38,413 nt of DNA from an uncultured bacterium (lineage in GTDB: Bacteria; Ratteibacteria; UBA8468; B48-G9; JAFGKM01). Position 1 is the first letter of the stretch, and every line of letters begins with the position of its first letter. The stretch is taken from positions 7,646 to 46,058 of the forward strand of contig CAYQXZ010000001.1 in assembly GCA_964421645.1 (NCBI GenBank), read 5' to 3'. The notes beneath the pieces are model-generated. The model searched no databases, had not been told where the DNA came from, and worked only from the letters and a program-made list of their open reading frames with translations. Position numbers and translations under genes: made by a program. Below are positions 27,262 to 34,460 of the stretch, piece after piece.

Positions 27262-28188
27262 GTTGGTGGTGTGAAAGCTGGTGATGGGGCGCTTACTATA
27301 TTTTCTTATGAGTTCCTTTGCCTTCTTCATGTAACTCTTCTTTCTTATCAGTGCTGTGGGACCCGGTTGGTCAGGAATTATCAGAATGCCCTTCCTGAAC
27401 GATTTTGCCAGCGTTTCAAGAGCACTGTTTTCTTCTTTGTTCTTGCCAAGGACGACGACGCCGTTTTCAAAATGCCTTCCGATTTTCAGCAGGGCAACCT
27501 CAAATTCATTCATCGCTCTCTTCATTTTGAGAAAAGGGATAATTTTCTTGCAGAACTCCTTTTCACACAGCAGGCATCCTCCCGCCGGATTGGGATATGT
27601 GATGCCAAATTTCTTTGCAAGCTCAATCTGGCGTCTTCTCTGTCTTCCTTCTATGCCCTCAAGCAGATTCCTGTCTATCAGCCCGTTTCTTTCCGCGTCA
27701 GTTTCAGGCATGACCTTTGCACTCAAAGGCCTCAAGATTTTGCCTGCAAGCGCGGAGCGTGACTCTATCAGTTTCATCGCTCTCTTCTTCTGGCTCATGG
27801 GCCTTTCCCCGGCAACCTCACCCGTGACAATGAAATCTGCCTTGAGTTTTTTCGCAAATACCCCGGCTTTCCTGAATATGAAAATGCGGCAGTCAATGCA
27901 GGGATTCAGGGCGGCACCTCTTCCGAATAGAGGGTTCTTAAGAAGCCGGATATATTCTTTGAGCAGGCGTCCTTTCGTGCAGTCCATCAGGTGCAGTCTT
28001 ACCTGCTGTTTCTCTGCAAAGGACAACACGCAGAACCTGTCGCTGCAGCATCCTTCACCGAAGGGAAGAATGAAATGAAGCGCCTCAACGTTTTCTGCGC
28101 CCAGTTGTTGCTTTGTCATCATCAGTGCGAGCCGGCTGTCAAGTCCGCCCGACAGAAGCACGATGGCTTTTGCTTCTTTAGCTTTCAT
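27226..28188 (-). CDS. PP-loop ATP pyrophosphatase, tRNA thiouridine synthase (MnmA/ThiI)-like
   Basis: The PP-loop is VLLSGGLDSRLA. Cys motifs are NPCIDCR and GGCLLCE. The ORF was trimmed to the ATG at 28188 (MKAKEAKAIVLL...). Confidence 0.65.
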   Translation of the reverse strand: MKAKEAKAIVLLSGGLDSRLALMMTKQQLGAENVEALHFILPFGEGCCSDRFCVLSFAEKQQVRLHLMDCTKGRLLKEYIRLLKNPLFGRGAALNPCIDCRIFIFRKAGVFAKKLKADFIVTGEVAGERPMSQKKRAMKLIESRSALAGKILRPLSAKVMPETDAERNGLIDRNLLEGIEGRQRRRQIELAKKFGITYPNPAGGCLLCEKEFCKKIIPFLKMKRAMNEFEVALLKIGRHFENGVVVLGKNKEENSALETLAKSFRKGILIIPDQPGPTALIRKKSYMKKAKELIRKYSKRPITSFHTTNLPAGNSGERPD

Positions 28189-28194
28189 TGTTTT

Positions 28195-28223
28195 ATTATA
28201 ACACGGAGGGTAATTCTTGACAT
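28195..28223 (-). promoter_or_regulatory. Candidate promoter of the PP-loop ATPase gene (leaderless configuration)
   Basis: The minus strand reads ATGTCA (28223-28218), a 17-nt spacer, then TATAAT (28200-28195). Six nt follow before the ATG at 28188, with no SD. Confidence 0.4.
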
Positions 28224-28245
28224 TGAAAAGGGGAGATTTTATACT
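28217..28245 (+). promoter_or_regulatory. Candidate promoter of the pyruvate kinase gene
   Basis: TTGACA (28217-28222), a 17-nt spacer, then TATACT (28240-28245). AGGTGA and the ATG at 28262 lie downstream. Confidence 0.55.
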
Positions 28246-28261
28246 TAAACCTAGGTGAAAA

Positions 28262-29293
28262 ATGGAAGGATACCGTCCAAGAACAAAGATACTGTGTACC
28301 ATAGGTCCTGCAAGTTCGTCGGAATCGATCCTGAGAGAAATGATGAGGGCAGGCATGGATGCGGCGAGGATAAATTTTTCCCACGGCACTCATGCGGCGC
28401 ATGCCGGCAGGATAAGGACTGTCCGGATTCTGAACGGAAAGTACCGGCGCAGGATAAGGATACTTGCGGACCTGGAGGGCCCCAGGATAAGGGTAGGGCA
28501 TTTCAGAGGCGGCAAAACTATCCATCTTGAGAAAAACAAAACCGTCTACATGGTTAAGGATGAGGATACTGCGGTTGGTGGATACATACCGTTTGACTAT
28601 CCCGGCGATCTCAAGGATATTGAACCCGCATTGTTTATGTACATGGACGATGGCAACATCGTGTTAAGAATAGAGGATGTTGAGAAAAACAGGATAAGGC
28701 TGAAGGTCATAGCCGGAGGCGAGTTGAAGGAACGCAAGGGCATCAATATCCCGGGTGCAAGGCTGAAGTTTCCCCTTCTCTCTAAAAAGGATAAAAGAGA
28801 TGTTGATTTTGCGCTTGAAAACGGAGCGGATTACATCGCCCAGTCTTTCGTAAGAAGCAGGAAGGATATGCTTGCGTTGAGGGAATATATGGACGTAAAG
28901 AACCCGCCGCTGCTGGTTGCCAAGATAGAATGTCAGGAGGGCATAAACAATATTGACGAGATAACAGGAGTTTCTGACGGCATTATGGTAGCGAGGGGAG
29001 ACATGGGCATAAGCATCCCGGTGTACAGGGTGCCCTTTGTCCAGAAGAAGATTATCAGCCGGTGCAGGGAACACGGGAAGTTTTCCATAATCGCAACACA
29101 GATGCTTGAGAGCATGACGGAAAATCTTTTTCCTACAAGGGCCGAGGTGAGTGACGTTGCAAACGCAGTACTTGACGGTACAAACTGGGTGATGCTATCT
29201 GCCGAGACGTCGGTAGGCAAACACCCTGTTGCCTGTGTCAGGATGATGAATGATATAGTCAAATATGCAGAAAGGTATCGCAAGTCAGAATAG
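28262..29293 (+). CDS. pyk: Pyruvate kinase, A+B domains only (no C-terminal domain)
   Basis: Family sequences are RTKILCTIGPASSS, INFSHG, DLEGPRIR, KGINIPG, VAKIECQEG, MVARGDMG and MLESM...PTRAEVSDVANAVLDG...MLSAETSVGKHP. The ORF ends at 343 aa, just after the A-domain. Confidence 0.8.
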   Translation: MEGYRPRTKILCTIGPASSSESILREMMRAGMDAARINFSHGTHAAHAGRIRTVRILNGKYRRRIRILADLEGPRIRVGHFRGGKTIHLEKNKTVYMVKDEDTAVGGYIPFDYPGDLKDIEPALFMYMDDGNIVLRIEDVEKNRIRLKVIAGGELKERKGINIPGARLKFPLLSKKDKRDVDFALENGADYIAQSFVRSRKDMLALREYMDVKNPPLLVAKIECQEGINNIDEITGVSDGIMVARGDMGISIPVYRVPFVQKKIISRCREHGKFSIIATQMLESMTENLFPTRAEVSDVANAVLDGTNWVMLSAETSVGKHPVACVRMMNDIVKYAERYRKSE

Positions 29294-30034
29294 GAGTTTC
29301 AACGCGGCAGCGGCGGTCAGAATCTGAACAATGATGTTGAATGCCCTTTCAGGGATCTTCTTCAGGATAACGATGCCGAGCACCGCACCGAGCGCAATTG
29401 CCGGAAGCGTCATGACGTTAATCTTGAGAGAGGAGGTATTGATGAGCCCGAGATTGGCGCTGAAGGGGACCTTGAACAGGTTGGCAAGGAAAAAATACCA
29501 GGCGCCCGTCCCGATGAATTCTTTCTTCGGCAGTCCCATTGCAAGCAGGTAGATAATCATGATGGGCCCTGCCGCATTGGCAAGCATTGTCGTTGTGCCT
29601 GCAATAAGCCCCATGAAGGCCGCAAACCACCAGCGTGACGGGATGTTGATTTTTTCGGTATCCTGTTTCTTCCACCAGTAGTTGAGGGCGAGCATGCAAA
29701 GAATTATCAGCCCTATCGCCGGCCGCAACTGGCTGTCGTCAATTTTTCCGAGCAGAACATACCCGATAATAATGCCTGCGATTGCATATGGAAAGAGACG
29801 GAGAAGGTGAGTCCATACGGCATTCCTCCTGTAATATGCAACTGCAAATACGTCTCCGCAGATGAGCATAACCAGCACAATACCGGTTGAGGCGCGTGCA
29901 GGCAGGGCCATCGCTGAAAGCGTGACCGCAAGCGTACCCAGCCCGGGCACGGCTGTCTTTGAGAGCCCTATCATGAAACCGCTGACCAGGAGAATGCATA
30001 ATCTGGCGGCAGGCAGGGTATATATGGATCCCAT
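29285..30034 (-). CDS. TauE/SafE family sulfite/anion exporter (DUF81 membrane protein)
   Basis: A polytopic membrane protein with a family-like sequence (FMIGLSKTAVPGLGTLAVTL...GDVFAVAYYRR). Its ATG overlaps the upstream stop (TAATG). Confidence 0.7.
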   Translation of the reverse strand: MGSIYTLPAARLCILLVSGFMIGLSKTAVPGLGTLAVTLSAMALPARASTGIVLVMLICGDVFAVAYYRRNAVWTHLLRLFPYAIAGIIIGYVLLGKIDDSQLRPAIGLIILCMLALNYWWKKQDTEKINIPSRWWFAAFMGLIAGTTTMLANAAGPIMIIYLLAMGLPKKEFIGTGAWYFFLANLFKVPFSANLGLINTSSLKINVMTLPAIALGAVLGIVILKKIPERAFNIIVQILTAAAALKLLF

Positions 30035-30795
30035 TACTTTCCCAGGGAGAGAACCTGCTTCAGTGCTGTTTCTTCGTTGGTTTTGGGCATGAATTCCAGG
30101 CCGATGAAGCCCTTATAGCCCATTTTGTCAATTGCGGTAAAAATATTCCCATAGTTTAGTTCCCCTCCCTCAAGTTCATTCCTTCCCGGTACTCCCGCGG
30201 AGTGGAAATGTCCTATGAACGATATGTATCTGCCGATATTGTGTAGGATATTGCCCTCGGTCACCTGCTGATGGTATATGTCAAAAAGAATCTTAAGGTT
30301 CGGCGAACCGATTTCAGTGACAATATCCACCGCATCCGCGCTTCTTGTCAGCCAGTATCCCTTGTGATTAATTACGGGGTTCAGCGGTTCCAGCACGAGT
30401 GTTACATTGTTGTCTTCCGCCGCCTTCGTCATCTGCTTCAGTTTCCTCACGACCTTTCTCCTGGTAACCTCAAAGGATTCGTCGGCAACCACGTCGCCTG
30501 TCGTTACGATTAGATTCCTGCACTTGAGGAGATGAGCGGTTTTTGCGGATTCGGCAATGCCTTTCAGCAACTCCGCTTCGTTCCCGTCGCCGGTAAGGCA
30601 GAAATTCGGCTCAAAGCAGAAGGCGGATGTCTCCAGTCCTGTTTCTTCCTTTGCTTTCAGGATACCCTCAATATTCTTGTTCTTCCATCCCCAGAATTCA
30701 AATGCCGCAAAGCCTGCCTTCTTCACCCCTTTTATCTTTTCTTCAACGCTCTTTTCTTTCCAGAGCGGCTCAATACACACGGAGAACCTGATCAT
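30034..30795 (-). CDS. Hydroxypyruvate isomerase-like / xylose-isomerase-fold TIM-barrel protein
   Basis: 253 aa. The N-terminus FSVCIEPLW...AGFAAFEFW and the downstream ...LEPLN...FDIYH... are typical of the Hyi/AP-endonuclease-2 TIM-barrel family. AAGGAGGT precedes the ATG. Confidence 0.65.
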   Translation of the reverse strand: MIRFSVCIEPLWKEKSVEEKIKGVKKAGFAAFEFWGWKNKNIEGILKAKEETGLETSAFCFEPNFCLTGDGNEAELLKGIAESAKTAHLLKCRNLIVTTGDVVADESFEVTRRKVVRKLKQMTKAAEDNNVTLVLEPLNPVINHKGYWLTRSADAVDIVTEIGSPNLKILFDIYHQQVTEGNILHNIGRYISFIGHFHSAGVPGRNELEGGELNYGNIFTAIDKMGYKGFIGLEFMPKTNEETALKQVLSLGK

Positions 30796-30855
30796 TTTAT
30801 ACCTCCTTTACCCCGAACTCTTCCTTGCGAGATTTCACAGTGAGGGGCAATGATT

Positions 30856-31857
30856 TTATTTTTCAAAAAAAGTTACGGGTTCAATGTCCGCCATGGTTCT
30901 CAATCCGGGGGCTGCCCTCAATACAACGGGTATCGCGTTTGTTATGATTGCACATGTTGCGATATCTCCGTTCACACCGTTTTTTATTGTTGAATCTATC
31001 TCCGGGATTCCCTTGATTATTATCCTGTCATATGAATCAGACACCCCTGCTGCAGCCTTGAAACGCAGTGTAACCAGTTCCCTGCCGTTTGAGATTCCAA
31101 GCCCGGTCTGTTTTACTCCCAGTACAAGCCCCTTTTTGATAAGCTTTCCGTTGACGGTTATGTCTTCGTCTGCAATAACAGGCTCAATCGTGTCGCTCGT
31201 TTTATCAATTTTCCAGCCCATTCGCGCCGAAATCATGTGGATTGATTCTGTCAGCCCGACATGCCTTAAGGTTCCGGCGGCCACTCTCTTATGGAATTCC
31301 TCAACGGTTATGCCGATCCCCACCTTCTGCTGGAAGGGGATTCTCCGGTTTGCGGCATTCTGTATCCGTTCAACGGTTATTTTTTCAATGTCACGGCAGA
31401 CCCCGGTCATTACCAGGGGCAAAAAATCCATCAGGAATCCGGGATTCACACCCGTTGAGAGAACCGAGACCCCGTTCTTTTTGGCCGCATCGTCTATCTC
31501 CCGTGCGGTCGCCGGTGCCGTAATCCACGGATAGGAAAGTTCTTCGCAGGTTGAGACGACATTGACCCCGTAAGAGAGTATCTCAAGTAACGGATCCTTT
31601 ATTTTTGCCAGGGAAGACATGGTGGTGAGTACGAGAACGTCAACTTTTTTCCTTGAGAGTACCTTCTCCGCACTCTTCTCTATGAGAACGCCGGTTTTTT
31701 TGCCCGCGGCGATGAATTCCCCCAGATCCCTGCCTGCTTTGTCGGGGGCAATGTCTATCGCCCCGGTTATTTCAAGCGAGGAGCGGTCCTTTATGAATTC
31801 GGCGATCCGGGCTCCTATCGGCCCCACGCCGCATATGACAACTTTTATTTTTTCCAT
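30856..31857 (-). CDS. DapB-like NAD(P)-binding dehydrogenase (amine dehydrogenase / 2,4-diaminopentanoate dehydrogenase-like family)
   Basis: The N-terminal Rossmann motif is KVVICGVGPIGARI. GVNPGF and HVGLTES motifs are present. TAAGGAG precedes the ATG. Confidence 0.55.
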   Translation of the reverse strand: MEKIKVVICGVGPIGARIAEFIKDRSSLEITGAIDIAPDKAGRDLGEFIAAGKKTGVLIEKSAEKVLSRKKVDVLVLTTMSSLAKIKDPLLEILSYGVNVVSTCEELSYPWITAPATAREIDDAAKKNGVSVLSTGVNPGFLMDFLPLVMTGVCRDIEKITVERIQNAANRRIPFQQKVGIGITVEEFHKRVAAGTLRHVGLTESIHMISARMGWKIDKTSDTIEPVIADEDITVNGKLIKKGLVLGVKQTGLGISNGRELVTLRFKAAAGVSDSYDRIIIKGIPEIDSTIKNGVNGDIATCAIITNAIPVVLRAAPGLRTMADIEPVTFFEK

Positions 31858-31881
31858 TACAGATTCTCCTTATGTGTTTTG

Positions 31882-32898
31882 TCAGCAGATTCTCGGCAGC
31901 TGACTGCCAGAAAGCATCTCAACAATTCTGTGCGAGCCTGCCAGGGTTTCCATTATGACCTTTCCTTCAGGATCTCTTACCACCTCTCCGATGATTGCTG
32001 ACTTCCTGCCGAAGGGGTGCTTTTTCATTGCCGTGAGTACTTTGCATGTATCTTTTGAACCGCAGACTACTATTACCTTGCCTTCGTTTGCCAGATAGAG
32101 AGGATCAAATCCGAGCATTTCGCAGAGTGAACTCACCTTTGCGGTGACGGGAATCTCGTTTTCGTAAAGGAGTATGCCCCTGTCGGAATCCTCAACTATT
32201 TCGTTCAGGGTCGCGGCAATGCCGCCTCTCGTGGGATCCCTCATGAAGCGGACACGATCCGATGCCTTCAGTATTTCCCGTATCAGCCCGTTCAGGGGAG
32301 CGCAGTCACTTCTTATCCCGGTCGTGATGCCAAAACTGTTTCTTGCCGAGAGTACCGCAAGCTCATGTTCTCCAATGGTTCCGTTGATTATAACCTTATC
32401 TCCGGGTTTTATCAATCTCCTGCCGGTTTTTGTCTTCCTTCTCCGTATGCCTATGCCGGAGGTATTTATGAAGATCCTGTCGGCCTTGCCCTTCTCCACC
32501 ACCTTGAAGTCGCCGGTGACAATCTCAACTCCTGCTTTCCTTGCAGTGCCGGCCATGGATTCCGCGATCCGTTCCAGGAGCCCGGTCTCAAGCCCTTCTT
32601 CAACGATGATTCCGCAGGAAAGGAAAAGGGGAATCGCTCCCATCACGGAAATGTCGTTCACGGTACCGCACACTGCGAGTTTACCTATGTCTCCTCCCGG
32701 AAAGAAGAGCGGGTCAACGGTATAGGAATCCGTGGTGAAGCAGAGTTCAGACCCGCCATAAGTAATGTCCAGTACCGCGGAATCCTCAAGCTCTTTCAGC
32801 GTTGCGGAGTCAAAATGTTTCACGAAAATTTTCTTGATGAGAGAGTGCATGGATCTGCCGCCGCTCCCGTGAGAGAGCAGAATTTTTTCTGATTTCAT
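31882..32898 (-). CDS. hypE: [NiFe]-hydrogenase maturation protein HypE
   Basis: The N-terminus is AIR-synthase-like (LLSHGSGG). The diagnostic C-terminal PRIC is present. The ATG overlaps the hypD stop in an ATGA arrangement. Confidence 0.9.
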   Translation of the reverse strand: MKSEKILLSHGSGGRSMHSLIKKIFVKHFDSATLKELEDSAVLDITYGGSELCFTTDSYTVDPLFFPGGDIGKLAVCGTVNDISVMGAIPLFLSCGIIVEEGLETGLLERIAESMAGTARKAGVEIVTGDFKVVEKGKADRIFINTSGIGIRRRKTKTGRRLIKPGDKVIINGTIGEHELAVLSARNSFGITTGIRSDCAPLNGLIREILKASDRVRFMRDPTRGGIAATLNEIVEDSDRGILLYENEIPVTAKVSSLCEMLGFDPLYLANEGKVIVVCGSKDTCKVLTAMKKHPFGRKSAIIGEVVRDPEGKVIMETLAGSHRIVEMLSGSQLPRIC

Positions 32899-33998
32899 CG
32901 CATCCCCTCGTATTTGTAAAAAGCCGCGCAGGTTCCCTCCGAGGATACCATGCAGGGACCTACCGGATTTTCAGGCGTGCATGACCTGCCGAAGAGCCGG
33001 CATTCCGCGGGCGTTTTTTTCCCTTTCAGGATGTCCCCGCAGATACAGGATGTTCTCCTGCCGGATCGCTTCACCGCAACCGGAAACCTCTTTTCCGCAT
33101 CAAGGAATTTGTATCTTTTCCTTATTGCCAGCCCGCTGTCCTTGATATTACCAATGCCCCTCCATTCAGAATCGGTCCTGCAGAATATATCATCAATGAT
33201 ATTCCTTGCTTTTATATTGCCCTCTGATTTAACGATTCTCTTATACTGGATTTCAACCGACGGTTCTTCATGCCTGGCTATCTTTCTCACCAGCATCAGT
33301 ATGGACTGCAATATGTCAACAGGCTCAAACCCTCCGATAACGCAGGGGATTTTGTACCGTTGGGGTATAAACTCGTAAGGATGGCTGCCTATCACGGTAC
33401 TCACGTGCCCGGGGCACAAAAAACCGTCTATGCGGACGTCCCTGTCTTGAAGCAAAGCCGCCATGGCGGGAGGAATCAGTTTATGCCCCGAAAGCACGCA
33501 AAAATTTCTCTTTTTCTGTTCATCGGCCCTCTTAATTGCGAGCGCAACCGCCGGAACGGTGGTCTCAAATCCTATGCCGAGCAGTATAACACCTTGTCCG
33601 GGATGCCTGTCCGCGATATCCACGGCGTCCAGGGGGGAGTATATGACCTCAATCCTGGCGCCTTCCGCTTTTTCTTTTTCAAGAGATGAGAAAGAGCCCG
33701 GCACTCTCATCATATCACCGAACGTTGCTATGACCGTATCTTTCATGCGTGAGAGTTTTATGGCCGTATCCATGTATGTATCAGGCGTGACGCATACAGG
33801 ACAGCCGGGGCCGGAAAGGAGGCGTATGCTTTCCGGCAGGATCTTTCTTATGCCGAACTTCCCAATGGTCATGGTATGGGTGCCGCATACCTCCATAATG
33901 CGTATGCATCCTTCCCTGAAATCTTCAGCTTCACGGCGTATTTCAGCAACGAGTTTCTCTGCAACCTTCCTGTCTCTGAACTCCGATATGTATTTCAT
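32895..33998 (-). CDS. hypD: [NiFe]-hydrogenase maturation protein HypD
   Basis: Motifs present are MEVCGTHT, GPGCPVCVTP, GFETT and the C-terminal Cys cluster. The ATG at 33998 gives MKYISEFRD. Confidence 0.9.
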   Translation of the reverse strand: MKYISEFRDRKVAEKLVAEIRREAEDFREGCIRIMEVCGTHTMTIGKFGIRKILPESIRLLSGPGCPVCVTPDTYMDTAIKLSRMKDTVIATFGDMMRVPGSFSSLEKEKAEGARIEVIYSPLDAVDIADRHPGQGVILLGIGFETTVPAVALAIKRADEQKKRNFCVLSGHKLIPPAMAALLQDRDVRIDGFLCPGHVSTVIGSHPYEFIPQRYKIPCVIGGFEPVDILQSILMLVRKIARHEEPSVEIQYKRIVKSEGNIKARNIIDDIFCRTDSEWRGIGNIKDSGLAIRKRYKFLDAEKRFPVAVKRSGRRTSCICGDILKGKKTPAECRLFGRSCTPENPVGPCMVSSEGTCAAFYKYEGMR

Positions 33999-34065
33999 AT
34001 AAAAATTCCCACCCACCTTCTATCCTCCTCCTTGAGGGGGGAGGAAGCAAGAGGGGGTGAATGTA

Positions 34066-34281
34066 TTATTTTTCCAGTGTGCCAAGGAGCTCAAGCATCC
34101 TTTCGGCCTCTCCCGGATCCAGTTTTTCAATTGCAATGCCCGCATGCACTATGAGGTAGTCTCCGGCTTTCACGCCGTCAAGAAGCTGTATATTGACGTT
34201 TTTTGTAATGCTGCCGAATTCTGCGATTGCGGTGTTTTCTTCCAGCACTTTCTTAACTTTCATCGGAACCGCTAAACACAT
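34066..34281 (-). CDS. hypC: [NiFe]-hydrogenase maturation chaperone HypC
   Basis: The MCLAVP N-terminus (essential Cys2) is present and the length is 71 aa. AGGGGGA precedes the ATG at 34281. Confidence 0.85.
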   Translation of the reverse strand: MCLAVPMKVKKVLEENTAIAEFGSITKNVNIQLLDGVKAGDYLIVHAGIAIEKLDPGEAERMLELLGTLEK

Positions 34282-34303
34282 ATTCCCCCTTTTAAAACTT
34301 GAT

Positions 34304-34312
34304 ATTATAGCA
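34304..34312 (-). promoter_or_regulatory. Candidate extended -10 element (TGCTATAAT) upstream of hypC
   Basis: The minus strand reads TGCTATAAT 22 nt upstream of the hypC ATG. There is no good -35. Confidence 0.4.
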
Positions 34313-34352
34313 TACAAATACCTCAAACTATGTGGCGGGAGAGAGGGGTGTC

Positions 34353-34400
34353 ATTTAAAGTTTAAAAGTGGACTAATTTTGAAGGATTTAAAGTTTAAAA
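34353..34400. repeat. Two exact 15-nt direct repeats (ATTTAAAGTTTAAAA) spaced 33 nt apart, upstream of hypC
   Basis: Copies at 34353-34367 and 34386-34400 are identical by inspection. They lie between the DUF1846 terminator and the hypC -10. Confidence 0.7.
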
Positions 34401-34413
34401 CCAAACTAAAGAG

Positions 34414-34436
34414 CCCTCTCCCTTGAGGGGAGAGGG
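34414..34436 (-). terminator. Rho-independent terminator of the DUF1846 gene
   Basis: A 9-bp GC-rich stem (CCCTCTCCC/GGGAGAGGG) with a 5-nt loop lies 25 nt after the TAG stop. On the minus strand it is followed by CTCTTTAGTTTGGTTTT. Confidence 0.6.
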
Positions 34437-34460
34437 TCAGGGTGAGGGTGATAATGTTTC

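Noticed and set aside
28189-28389. 67-aa N-terminal extension of the PP-loop ATPase ORF
   Set aside because: The PP-loop family N-terminus begins at MKAKEAKAIVLLSGGLDS. The extension would run through the divergent promoter region and the pyk start.
30884-34002. Plus-strand ORFs of 139-216 aa (30884..31534, 32174..32725, 32365..32892, 33270..33689, 33463..34002)
   Set aside because: All are antisense to confidently identified genes (the DapB-like gene, hypE and hypD). They show no motifs.
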